Notes: generated by a model not told the origin, from the letters alone. DNA of 64,000 nt from Octopus sinensis (GCF_006345805.1 NC_043006.1:12462001-12526000); one strand, 5' to 3'. Counted from the stretch's first letter, positions 14,227 through 26,849 are shown. Numbers and translations are program-made.

Positions 14227-14919
14227 TATATATATATGCGTATGTTAAAATGTATGTGTGTGTGTGTGTGTAATTGTGTGCAAGCGTGTAATACACACTC
14301 GTTCACATAGTCATATACAAAGACAGAGAGAAAAACGAAAAAGAAATAGAGCAAGATAGACATACTAATTGATTATTTCTTTCACAGTATACTACACAGT
14401 TTATTTTTCATTCTTATATCTCCATATATGCTATATCTTTCGCCTCTCATTTTACTATATTATTTGCAAAATGCAGAAATATATATTTCAATATTTTACT
14501 CATAGTTCGAGTGTGCTTTAATCATTTTGATGCTGTTTTAAACAGCTGTTGTTCGACGATCTCTTTGTACGAATTAGTATAAGACGACACAGAGGGTTTC
14601 CTACAGAATTGTCAACTGATCTACAAAGATCAAATATTTCAATAGCACTGCTACTTTCATCTATTCAAGCAATAAGTGTCTACTTGGTAAAAATTTACGA
14701 TCTTTAATCATCAGACTTTTCATTGATGTTTGATTCTATCACCATTCTCCTCAGAGCCATATGATTCGATAAGTTCTATCGCCGCTCGGCTTACTAGAAA
14801 TACCAACCAAATAACTCGAATTTCGAATTAACTGTCTAAAGTAGGAGAATACATAACATAGTTCTGCATACACCTAAAATGCTGTGATGGTCACAGCATT
14901 TTGATTTCACATTTTGACA

Positions 14920-15412
14920 CAAGGCCAGAAATTCCAGACATGGGGTTAGGTCGATAACATAAACCCCAGTGATTAACTGGTACTTATTTTATCGATTCCG
15001 AAAGGATGAAAGGCAAAATCGACCTTGGCAGAATTTGAACTCAGAGCGTACAAACGGACGAAACGCCACTAAGCCTTTTGCCCCGACCTGCTAACGATTC
15101 TTATTTCTTTATTGTCCACAAGGGGCTAAACACAGATGGGACAAACATGTTTAGCCCCTTGTGGACAATAAAGAAATAAGAATCGTTAGCAGGTCGGGGC
15201 AAAAGGCTTATCGAATCATATGGCTCTGAGGAGAATGGTGATAGAATCATCAAACATCAATGAAAAGTCTGATGATTAAAGATCGTAACTGGTACTTAAT
15301 TTGTCGACCCCGAAAGGATCAAAGCAAAGTTGACCTTGGCGGAATTTGAACTCAGAACGTAACAGCATACGCATTTTGCCCAGCGTGCTAACGTTTCTGC
15401 CAGTTTGCCGCT
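14920..15412 (-). mobile_element. SINE type C units interrupted by inverted duplications
   Basis: Type C sequence lies at about 14920-15140 and 15288-15412, separated by a 63-bp perfect inverted repeat and an inverted copy of upstream flank. Confidence 0.75.
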
Positions 15413-15814
15413 GGCCGTCTTTAGCGCGTCAATTATAGCTAATAGGTCTGCACAATCAGAATTCACATGCAGATAAAAAACAACAGCAGCTGCAATAACT
15501 AACAACAATTCATTTGAACTGTATTGAAGAAAGAATGTGACTGCAAAAATATCAGAATAGGATTGGCTAGAATTAGAAATAATCCAAACATATTCCTATC
15601 ATAAAAATCCATTTTTATTTGGCAGACAGTTTCCCTAGGAATACATTGTCATATAATTTAGCTTTGTTGGTTCTCAGAACGTCTACTGTCGACGTATTTG
15701 TTGTTATCGTGTTTTTATCTCTGTTGTCGTCGTTGTTGTAGTTATTGTAGTATTTAATTTTTTTTTTTGCCTCAGACCAGCCTTGATCGAGCGTAGTCAT
15801 TATAGATAACTTAC

Positions 15815-15969
15815 CAAGTACGGCCATATTGTTTTCAAGCATACGATAATAATCTTTCGTCAACCGTTTACCTGGACGCCAGGGAATTACGTCCGGTGTA
15901 TCACAGAACCTATTTCCTCGGCGTCCATGTATCATATAATGCACATTCCCATTGGTTTTTTTCAACCAC
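15815..15969 (-). CDS. Internal coding exon of an unidentified gene (WLKKTNGNVHYMIHGRRGNRFCDTPDVIPWRPGKRLTKDYYRMLENNMAVL)
   Basis: Strong acceptor TTCTCATTTTTCCTCAG|G and donor TTG|GTAAGT. The 155 nt read 1+51 codons+1 with no stop, and the sequence is non-repetitive. Confidence 0.6.
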
Positions 15970-16201
15970 CTGAGGAAAAATGAGAATTATGAAAAGAAGG
16001 CTTTATATCACTCAATGTTTGAAATAAGGGCTTACTAAAAGTCGGTAAACAAACATAGCTCCCAAGTAAATGTTTGTATGACGATATGCGATCAAGCGAA
16101 GTTCGCCTTATCTCCTCGTGAGAATCATGGCAATGATCACGAACAAGCAGAAATGCGAATGGGAAGATTATTATTGTTGTTGTTATTGTTGTCGTCGACG
16201 T

Positions 16202-16256
<55 letters not shown>

Positions 16257-16451
16257 GTTATTATTATTACTACTACTATTAATATTATTATTAATTTGTT
16301 ATTGTTACTGTTATTACTACTACTACTACTACTATTATTATTACTACTATCATTATTATTATTGTTATTATTATTATTAATTTGTTATTGTTATTATCAT
16401 TATTATTATTATCATTAATTTGTTATTGTTATTATCATTATTATCATTATA

Positions 16452-16497
<46 letters not shown>

Positions 16498-16503
16498 TAT
16501 TAC

Positions 16504-16745
16504 TGAGTGAGAGATCAGTGCTTCCTATCAAAGTGACGCTGAGGTAAAATATATGAAGCCCAGTATACACATCATGACTACCCGTTTGATAAGGGTACAC
16601 CAGACACATGCATCATAACCCATTGTGCGTGACATGGTGATCTTATATCAAAATAAACAGCGCATAACCTTGCAAGAGGTCTCCGGTTAGAAATTTCTGC
16701 AGGTCGAGTAGACGATCCTACTCAAGCCGCTTTTAACGTGACAAT
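16504..16745 (+). repeat. Interspersed repeat type E (partial), attached to (ATT)n
   Basis: Similar to about 22021-22230 (GAGTGAGAGA...GACTACCCG...GGGTACACCAG...). Confidence 0.7.
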
Positions 16746-16760
16746 ATTATTTGGAAAGCA

Positions 16761-17335
16761 GGCGGCGAGCTGGCAGAAACGTTAGCACGCTGGGCGAAAT
16801 GCTGAGCGGTATTTCGTCTGCCGCTACGTTCTGAGTTCAAATTCCGCCGAGGTCGACTTTGCCTTTCATCCTTTCGGGGTCGATTAAATAAATACCAGTT
16901 GCGCACTGGGATCGAATTATCGACTTAACTCGTTTGTCTGTCCTTGTTTGTCCTCTCTGTGTTTAGCCCCTTGTGGGTAGTAAAGAAATAGGTATTTCGT
17001 CTGCCGTTACGTTCTGAGTTCTAATTCCGCCGAGGTCGACTTTGCCTTTCATCCTTTCGGGGTCGATAAATTAAGTACCAGTTACGCACTGGGGTCGATA
17101 TAATCGACTTAATCCGTTTGTCTGTCCTTGTTTGTCCTCTCTGTGTTTAGCCCCTTGTGGGTAGTAAAGAAATAGGTATTTCGTCTGTCTTTACGTTCTG
17201 CGTTCAAATTCCGCCGAGGTCGACTTTGCTTTTCCTCCTTTCGGAGTCGATAAATTACATACCAGTTTCATACTGGAGTCGATCTAATCGACTTCCCTAA
17301 AACTGCCGGGCCTTGTACGTAGTGTAGAAAAGAAT
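16761..17335 (+). mobile_element. SINE type C, head plus 3 tandem body units (periods 183 and 184 bp)
   Basis: GGTATTTCGTC begins at 16808, 16991 and 17175. Confidence 0.9.
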
Positions 17336-17806
17336 ATTCTTTATAAAGCACAGCGTTTCTAAGCGAAGATGTCAGCTTTCAAACAAAGTATGTTTATTGT
17401 ACATTTTGCATTTCTACGCTTTAGTGCGAGACCTAATCTCGATTCAGCCGATAGATTATGCGATCCTGGAAGATCTTTAACACCCCAAATGTCTAGAAGA
17501 TTCTTTCATTGACCATGTGAAATAGGATTAGGCAGACAAAACTCCCCTGGAAGCATTAATTCAGAAAGTTCTCACATTTAATGCACATGTTCTAATTTGA
17601 CTCTTCACATAAGACTCTCTATGGCTAGATACTCCATGATAAAGGCCTGGCAGTGAAACGAAAGAAACAGTTCTCCGACAACCTGGAAGCTATATACAGG
17701 GCACAATTAAGAAAGGAAAACAGATAAATGAAAGTTACAATTAAACTTTCCTGTAACAGAAACTGCAGATCACGGATTGATATATAGTTAATGTACGTAA
17801 GACGGT

Positions 17807-18043
17807 GGAGGCGCAATGGCCCAGTGGTTAGGGTATCGGATTCGCGGTTTCGATTCCTAGACCGAGCGTTGTGCTTATTGAGCGAAAACACCTAAAGCTC
17901 CACAAGGCTCTGAAGGGGTGGGAGCGAACCCTTGATTACTCTTTCACCACAACTTTCTTCTTGTTTCTGTTGTACCTGCATTTCAAAGGGCCAGCCTTGT
18001 CACACTCTGTGTCACGCTGAATCTTCCCGAGAACTACGTTACA
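17807..18043 (+). mobile_element. SINE type A, 3'-truncated and diverged
   Basis: GGAGGCGCAATGGCCCAGTGGTTAGG head and type A body. Confidence 0.8.
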
Positions 18044-20187
18044 CGGCGTAACTACTAGGAACCTATCACACAACATAGGACTAGATCAATTGTTCGTATG
18101 TGAACTTTGGTAGATGGAATATGTGTGCAATGCTGTCAGAGAAGCTGGTTACGCTTTTAGAGTGTTAGACATAATTCTTCATCTAATTTTAAAAACACAG
18201 GATAACCCATGGCAGTATTTAGTGAGATACATGTTGTAGCAGCACTGGATCCCTGTCTCCTGTTGAAATAAAAATTCCTCACTTATTTATGTCTCAGAAT
18301 CTCTAATAAAAGTTAATGGGCACTGACCCACCTTTGAATAAATCTTTAAAAAATAAGATTTAAAAAATTGATGCAATGTTCAAGAACATAAAGTACATTC
18401 AATGTGAAAGTATCCGTACCTATTTTCTGTTCAATGGAAATACTAAGAATGAACATTTAGTATCAGGTGGATGGTATTTTTTCTACGCTTTTATTTGCTA
18501 GACAAATTAAAATTAATGTGAAAAAGTTGCAATCATATGAATCATTGAATTGGTTGCTGCTTACATGTAGAATGGTGAATCAGAAGTAGTAGTAAAGCAG
18601 TATAGTCGAGTAAATGGTAGGAAAGGAATCAAAGATAAATTATTAACGACCGCACGTATACGTACTAATACTTCTTTCGATCAAAATAGATAAACAAAAG
18701 TAAATAAAATTTTCGCAATTTATTCGTCTTGGCATCAAGAAATGTTGCCATGAGAAACAAAAGACGCATCGTAACGGAACAACTTACGGTTCATCTGAAA
18801 AGAAATGTTCTTCGAAGCATCTCGTGAAGACAGAATAAAAAACTAGAAATATAAACTCGGTTATAATTATGTTGGTGTTACTATTTAATTGTAGTGAGTG
18901 GGGAAAATCTAATTAAAAAAATACCAATGCTGTGAGGAAAACGAAGAATCAGCGCAATGTCTAATATAATTACTGGAATCATTTCCACAAGTAGGGGAGA
19001 CAATTCGAGTATGTTTCGGTCTTAAAAGACCTCCTCTTAGAAAAACATACTTCTCCGTATTAGCCGAAGCACTGCTTTAGAAAATCTCTAATTCCGTGGA
19101 CAACATTGTACACAGATAGGTGTAAGTGTGTAGCATATTCAGATGAACACACACACACACACACATGTTTAATCATTCTGATGAATTACTCTGTGACGTT
19201 ATACATCTTTGGTTAAGCTAGTGTTAACATATTATATGTAGTCTACATCTAATTAGGCATACTTAGGTATTGTAGAAAACGAACCAATAGGTGACAGCTT
19301 ATTTCCTTAAACCATGGGTTTTTAGAGCTGAATAAAAGAGCTTTGACAAGTATTATTGTATATTTACGAAAACTTGGTTCGAATTTTTCTGTCATTTCTA
19401 TCTCTTTCCTCTCCCCTCTCTTTCTCTCTCTCCCCACACAAACATAGATTCACTCACACACACACACACACATAGCTATGTATACTATGCAAATAGGTTC
19501 TTAACTACTTGATGGAATCGCAAGGGTGTCGTTGTGACATACGACATGTCTCATGCATTTTAGACTTGCCGGTACCTATCTCCCTTCAAGTCTGAGTACA
19601 GCGGTTCTCTTCAAGAAATAAAAAAAAAAAAAAAATAGACGGAATGATTTGGAGAAAGAAAAGAATATATTCCAATTCACGGCTGTCATTTTATGCGCCG
19701 ACACTAATAGAATGGAAGGTCAAGTCGATTTGGGCAGGATTTCAAACTAGATCTCAGATAACCAGAACACTTTGACTAGGCCAATATATAACACAATGGA
19801 TGTGCATCGATGACCAGGTAGGACGACGAAGTGTGTAAGATTTATGTTATTAACAGAGTTTGCAATTCTAGTGTAGCTCCAGGAACTTTATTGTATTACA
19901 TAGAGAGACCACGTTGACTAAGTTCACTGACACCAGATTATGTAAGAATAATTCTGAAATAGACTAGCATCGTATCGAAGAACAGACTTGCTCCAATCCA
20001 CGTAGTGCTATGAAACTTGTGTTCCATACTGAATAAAGCTACGCATCTAATTTTCCATATATAGCGAAATATGTGTAAATAATTCCTTACTGTGATTGGA
20101 TGAATATTGTGTTTTATATTATTTAAAAGTCATGTTTTCGTTTAGCTTTTTTTTTTTTCTTTTTCTGAAATCCTATTAAAAGACATG

Positions 20188-20416
20188 TTTCTTTACTACC
20201 CACAAGGGACTAAACATAGAGGGGACAAACAAGGACAGACAAACGAATTAAGTCGATTACATCGACCCCAGTGCGTAACTGGTACTTAATTTATCGGCCC
20301 TGAAAGGATGAAAGGCAAAGGCGACCTCGGCGGAATTTGAACCCTGGACGTAACGGTAGACGAAATACGGCTACGCATTTCGCCCGGCGTGCTAACGGTT
20401 CTGCCAGCTCGCCGCC
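20188..20416 (-). mobile_element. SINE type C, monomer
   Basis: Reverse complement of the type C head and one body unit. Confidence 0.85.
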
Positions 20417-21114
20417 TTCCTATTAGAAGATATAAATATCTATGTTTGAGAGTAGCGAGCTGCTAGAATCGTTACTGTCGAAACAAAGAACTTGCTGTGT
20501 TTTTTCCGGACCTCTATGTTCAAAGTTAAAACCCTCCCGAGCTCAAGTTTGCTTTTCATCCTTACGGAGGTCGATAAAATATGAAACCGGTCAAGAACTG
20601 GGGTTGCTGTAATTCATTATTCTCTCCTGCATATCCCTGAAACCACTATTATAAAGGCATCAAGCTTGCTGAATCATCAGGGTGTAAGGAAATCCTTTGT
20701 GACATTTGTTCCTGCTTCGTAGATTCTAACATAGGTAACACTCCTAGGGAGGTGACCTGGCAGAATCATTAACGCGTCAGACAAAATGCACAGCAGTATG
20801 TCTTAAGGCTCTTTATGGCCCAATTTCAAATCCCATCGAGTACCCCTTTGGCATTCATCTTATCGGAATCAATAAAACAAATGAAAATTGAGTAAAAACA
20901 GGAGTTGGATGTAATCACCTAACCCACTCCTCCCCTAAAATATTACTTCTTGGAACAACAAAAAAATAATAATACAAACTATATTATTATACATCTTTTA
21001 GCCTACTAAACTACACTAATTCCTCATCAGTGAGTCATGCAACTTTAATCTAAATTAAACAAAAATATGAACGACCACCTATTCACAAAATAAATTGACA
21101 GATCCAAAACACAT

Positions 21115-21215
<101 letters not shown>

Positions 21216-21502
21216 CCGCTAGATAGATAGATTTTACATGTTACTCTAATACATATCGATACAAATTAACATATTTCAACGGTAGCCAAAGGTTAGAAAT
21301 TATGCATATTAATCTGAAAATGTGTTACCTGGAAACAACTGCAGATTAGACGGTTCAAAACACAGTAGAAATGCAAACAATGAGATTAATAGTCCAGAAA
21401 CCTCTTTATAATACTAAAACGATAACCCGTTTTCCTGCTTATTTGTTTGTTTCATAACCTGACTCCCAGAGCTCGTAACAAACGCTTACTTGCTAAGCTT
21501 AC

Positions 21503-21654
21503 TCTAACTTAGTTATGCAAGCATGTATCACAGCAATTATATATAAATACGCGGACGAGGAGAGGAATAACGCCAAACACATTAAAAGCATATTGACACA
21601 GAAGAGAAGAGTTAATGCCGCTAATAAAGCATGAAAATATATTACCATTTCCAT
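21503..21654 (-). CDS. Candidate first coding exon with hydrophobic N-terminus (MEMVIYFHALLAALTLLFCVNMLLMCLALFLSSSAYLYIIAVIHACITKL)
   Basis: ATG with an upstream in-frame stop and donor GA|GTAAGC in phase 2, compatible with the 15969 acceptor. Could be chance in T-rich DNA. Confidence 0.3.
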
Positions 21655-21941
21655 CAACTTGAATCGAATTATATTTCTTTCTAACTATATCAAAGCCATT
21701 AATAATGACTGCATGCTTCGCTTCGTAGTTAATATTTGAAGAGTAGGAAATGTTTTTTTTCTTTTTAATTGATCTGTCAGTATCACAGGGGTAGGGCGCC
21801 TGGTCTTTGAAGATACAAAGCCCATATTGATGTTCAAATTTAGGTTGCTCCTTTATACACAGCACTTTGCAACAAAAATTCCTCACTATTTAAAGCGTCG
21901 CGTGTTGTTGTTATTATTATTGTTAATATTATTATTATTAC

Positions 21942-21992
<51 letters not shown>

Positions 21993-22020
21993 CATCATTA
22001 TTGTTATTATTATTATTATT

Positions 22021-22498
22021 GAGTGAGAGAGCAGTTGATGCCATCAAAGTGATACTGGGGTAAAATATACGAAGCCCAATATACCCATCATGACTACCCG
22101 TCTGATAAGGGTACACCAGGCACATGCATCACAACCATATGTGCGCGACATGGTGATCTCATATCAAGATAAACAGCTCATGACCTTGCAGGTGGGGCCC
22201 CGTTAGAATTTTCCTCAGGCTGAGTAGCCCATCCCGCTCAAAAGGTCCCTGAATAAGGGTTGTTTAAGTATGTTGAACCAACCACCCATATTTCCAGAGG
22301 TGAATTATTCAAACCCCAAAGAATCCCTCTCAACACATGGCTATGATGCTCCCCCACTACTTCTGCTCGTGATCAGAGATGCACATATCGTCAGCCACTA
22401 AGGGACATGCTCAACTGGTTAAGGTCAAACAACTGACAAGCCAATCTGTGGTATTGAGTAGAATATTTGCTGTAGCCCATCTTTTATACCAAGACAAA
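22021..22498 (+). repeat. Interspersed repeat type E, long copy between (ATT)n and (AAT)n tracts
   Basis: The 5' part matches 16504-16745 and the 3' part matches the reverse complement of about 48625-48790. Class not determined. Confidence 0.7.
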
Positions 22499-22541
22499 AT
22501 AATACTAATACTAATACTAATACTAATACTACTACTACTAC

Positions 22542-22669
<128 letters not shown>

Positions 22670-23466
22670 CCTTATTATTATTTGTCATATTTAAAGCAAA
22701 ATTCTCTAGATTAGACGATAAGAATTTACAGTCAAACATTATTTCGGTAACATATTTTGCATTGTGTAGAGAACTGTGTATACTTATATGCAAGTATCTC
22801 TACCTACAGATGCAAATGCGCGCGCGCACGCACACACGGACACACACATACACACACAAAACACACATATCGGAAAAACCCATATATGCTTCTCAAAGCT
22901 TCACCACACCGCTTGGCATAAACAAACGAGAGCAATTTAAGGGCTATTGATAGCAATAAACTTAACAGCTTTTGGCAAAAACCAGCAGCAGGTGTTTGTA
23001 AGAGCTTGTCTATTTAAGGATTGTGAAACTATTATTCAACTCTATAAATTTATAGAAGCGACAAATCTAGCTAGAGTTGTTGCTAAGTTACTCGTATATT
23101 AGTTTATAATCGAATCTCATTTGATTAGTGTTAATTCTAAATTTGGATAGAAGACGAGTCAGTTAAAGCGAATCCCTAAAGAAATAAGCAAAAAAGTATT
23201 AACTACTAAATATATTCCATTTAACAGAGATTGTTTTTCTTAGAGGCATAGGTATTCAAATTTTAAAATTTAAGAAAATTGTAATGTGGCTAAGATGACC
23301 TAAATTTAAAAAAATATAAGTTGGAATTAAGTATGAATTAAAATATAAAATGAATAAATGAAAATAACTTAAATTAAAAGTTACAGAAAGATAAATAATT
23401 AAATAATAATTAAAGATAAATAATTAAATAATAATTAAAGATAGATAATTAACTAAATAATTAAAT

Positions 23467-23850
23467 AGTGCCAGCCTCTTGCCGAGCACCTTAGCTAAAA
23501 CCTTTAACTCAGTGTTGAGTAGAGATATGGGCCTGAAGTTTTCAATCACATGCTCCTTGTTCAGATCCTTTCTCAGCAACGTCACCACTCCCCAGTTCAC
23601 ACGATCGGGAGTGTATTCTGTCTGTTGCCAGGAGCAGAAAACAGCTGCTAAAATCGGCGCAAATAAGTCCGACATGTGGGCATACAGTTCATAGAGCAGA
23701 TCATCCAATCCTAATGATTTGATACCCAAGCAGCGGCCTAGTACATCATCCACTTCCTCCATACATGTTACGAGGTTCGATCGTACTGCGTGGTATTTTG
23801 GCCAAGTGGCTTCTACTTCAGCCTTACCACACCGCCACGCCTGCGCCCAT
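23467..23850 (-). mobile_element. L1/Tx1-type LINE ORF2 fragment (start of RT domain)
   Basis: The translation contains GVVTLLRK...NFRPISLLNTELKVLAKVLGKRL, the typical non-LTR RT N-terminal motif. Confidence 0.8.
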
Positions 23851-24424
23851 GTAATATTGATAGATTTTTTTTTCGTATTTGTCCATATATATTATAGCCT
23901 GCATAAGTTAAACAACAGAAGAAAAAGAGGAAAAAATTGGAAAAAAGAGAGTGAATGGGAGAGTATACAGGAACTGGTGTATAAAGAGATGAAAGCGTAA
24001 TTAACTTTCTAACGTATAAATTAAACGTAGGCAATAAGCTTCAAACATAAATGAAATGGGAATATAAGTATTATAGCGGTAAAGAGAAATGCTGAATCAC
24101 AAGGAATTTAGAGAATAACATTTCTTTGCAGGTAAAGATCATAAACGATTTCCATCACGTTTTCAAATATAAGAATGTACCTATTAGGTCTTGGTTATTC
24201 CATTCAACTGTAAGATCGTAAATTCAGTTAGCATTTTGCTTATTCAAATATATTGTAAATTATAATGGTGTAGGAAAGATATATATTAATTAATCACAAG
24301 AGTATAGAACAAATGCGGCATCATTAAGACACGACCAGTATTGATGTTATTAATAAAGTAATAGCAACGGTAACATTATAATAGTGATAGCATTAATGAA
24401 TACACATATTCATGTGTATATATA

Positions 24425-24800
24425 TAGGCGCAGGAGTGGCTGTGTGGTAAGTAGCTTGCTAACCAACCACATGGTTCCGGATTCAGTCCCACTGCGTGGC
24501 ATCTTGGGCAAGTGTCTTCTGCTATAGCCCCAGGTCGACCAAAGCCTTGTGAGTGGATTTGGTAGACGGAAACTGAAAGAAGCATGTCGTATATATGTAT
24601 ATATATATGTATATGTGTGTGTGTTTGTGTGTCTGTGTTTGTCCCCCTAGCATTGCTTGACAACCGATGCTGGTGTGTTTACGTCCCCGTCACTTAGCGG
24701 TTCGGCAAAAAGAGACCGATAGAATAAGTTCTAAAAGGTGGTGCTCCAGCATGGCCGCAGTCAGATGACTGAAACAAGTAAAAGAGTAAAGAGTAAAGAG
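24425..24800 (+). mobile_element. SINE type B
   Basis: Matches 1750-2150 with a deletion in the 3' third. Confidence 0.85.
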
Positions 24801-24867
24801 TACATGTATGCATACATACACATAAATACATACATACATACATACATATACATATATATATATATAT

Positions 24868-25112
24868 TTTCGCTCTTGCGTCTCACGTTTGATCCTTGAC
24901 TTCTGGCCGGAATCCATTTTTTCTCTCCTTTTTTTTTCTCTCCTTGTTACTCTCCGTGTTTCTTTTCTGCGTATCTTTCTGTTGAAGAGCGTAGGCTCGA
25001 AACGTAAAAGACTTGCTTTATTTATATTCCTGAGCGCCATACTAATACAATTGTTTGTTTGTATTCCACCTGCCTTCGTCTTTTGTTTATTTTCATAAAC
25101 CTTCCCGTTATA
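24868..25112 (+). mobile_element. Penelope-like terminal-repeat-derived element with minimal hammerhead motif
   Basis: Contains TCTTT-CTGTTGA-A-GAGC-GTAG-GCTC-GAAA-CG-TA-AAAGA. Homologous copies lie at 51078-51260 (-) and 58820-59005 (-). The Penelope assignment is inferred from the motif. Confidence 0.6.
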
Positions 25113-25178
25113 TATATATATGTGTGTGTGGTTATACATACACGCAAGCACACACACACACACGCACGCACAAACACA

Positions 25179-26310
25179 CAGGGTACGGTAAATAAATTGT
25201 TGTCTAAATTGCGCAAAATTGACATCTCATTTTTGCAGATATATTTGCCAAAATTATATAGAAATATATGGAAATATTAAAGATGAAATTTATTCAATAA
25301 AATCGTCATTGACGTAACCACGGCCTCTAGACGGCTTCGGAATATCCTGCAACACTTCTGGGTGATCTCCTTCTTTAAATTGGTGAATGCTGCCATATTT
25401 CTTGCGTTCAGTTCATCTTTGGTGTCTCGCTCAGCTGTACCCTACACATAATGATCAAGAGCATGCAGTCTGGAGAGTTACGTGGACAGATGTTGGGGGC
25501 AATGTGGTTGCAGAAATTGTCTGACAACCATGACTTGGTCTCCTGCTTGTGAAGCATGGTACGGCGTCCTGTTGCCAGACATAGGGTCCTCTAGCAGCCA
25601 CCCTCTTGGCCCAGTGCAGCACTACCGCCTCCAGTCACTTGATGTAGGCCAAGGTCGTGTGGGAAGATGAATGGAGGCATAACGTCGCCATCAGTTGTGA
25701 TGACTCTAAATGGCATGATGCTGACTTGTTGTTCGATTTTTATCAATCTCGTTACATGTTTTGGGGACACGGCAAGCCAACGGTTTTTCTGTGCGTTCAC
25801 CATCTGATCCGGGCAGAATTTTTTCTTGTCTGAGAAAATCCAAAAGCATGTTCGGTAGGAGGAGATGCATGAGTTTGTTCAAAAGCTTCGTAGCACGGGC
25901 TTCCCTCTGGTCCTTGACTCGGAGGGATTATTCTTAATCATGGCCTGGATCTCATCAACAAATTGTCTTTTCTCATGAGAACAATCAGAGTTTTCCGAGC
26001 TGCCGTACCTTCGTAATCAGCATTAGACTCATCCAACTCTTTCCGAACCCCCTGCACTGTCCTCAAATTGACATTCAAACACTCTGAAATGACCGCGTTG
26101 GAGATTCCGGCGCGAACGCTAACTAATACAGCATGTCGCTTCCAAATTTTTGGTAGTGTGGAAGGTGTCATAGTGGTGTTTGTCTCACAGACAGTGCTGA
26201 ACTGACCCTACTATACTGTGTAGTCGACAATGTTTAAACAAAGTATGCAAATACACGAAATGTATATATATATATATACATATTGGCGGAAATTTGCCCA
26301 TCGGACCCTT
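25179..26310 (-). mobile_element. Tc1/mariner (DD37D, maT-type) transposon, near full length, decayed
   Basis: Translates KRHAVLVSVRAG..., IFSDKKNF, VWQQDA, NSPDC..LD with about 37 residues between D2 and D3. Degenerate TIRs: CAGGGTAC at 25179 and CCCATCGGACCCT-TA at about 26297-26311. Frameshifts and deletions are present. Confidence 0.8.
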
Positions 26311-26339
26311 ACATGATTATATATATATTATCTAGTTTC

Positions 26340-26480
26340 AGCACACGAGTTGTTGCCATACTGGGGCACCACCGTTTAATGATTTGGTCGGACTGTGTCT
26401 ATAGTAGAAGATACTTGCCCAAGGTGCCATGCAGTGGTACTGAACCCGGAATAACATGGTTGGGAAGCAAGCTTCTTACC
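26340..26480 (-). mobile_element. Short SINE type B derivative (head joined almost directly to the 3' tail)
   Basis: The type B head on the minus strand is followed by GGTGGTGCCCCAGTATGGCAAC. Confidence 0.6.
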
Positions 26481-26557
26481 ACACACACACACACACATAC
26501 ACACATACATACATACACACATACATACATACATACATACATACATACATACATACA

Positions 26558-26591
<34 letters not shown>

Positions 26592-26849
26592 CTTACATAC
26601 ATATACATACAAGAGAGTGCTGAATGGTTCCTGGCTTCGGGTAAAAGAAAATATAGGACAATCGGCTTATTATGATTTTATTCAATATATTCCTCTCTGA
26701 CATTCACACACTTATTGCAGCGGTTCTTCATTCTTTCTACGCCCTGTAAAGGAACTCGAAAGTTTGGTCCTACAACCGGCCATTTCGCGATAACCTTAAA
26801 GTAGGGAATTTTTCAGCTCTCCCCTCGTAATTTATATATATATATATAC

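Noticed and set aside
15468-15540. Phase-compatible downstream exon for the 15815 exon (VTFFLQYSSNELLLVIAAAVVFYLH)
   Set aside because: Mostly decayed (TTG/GCT)n low-complexity sequence with a mediocre donor. Not supportable without RNA data.
16808-17335. Regular ~183-bp repeats as a CRISPR-like array or self-cleaving satellite
   Set aside because: The units are whole SINE bodies with no unique spacers, and I found no hammerhead core (CTGANGA/GAAA) on either strand of the unit.
21509-21886. 125-aa minus-strand ORF MRNFCCKVLC... from the track
   Set aside because: No recognisable domain. An overlapping frame with a splice donor is the better candidate.
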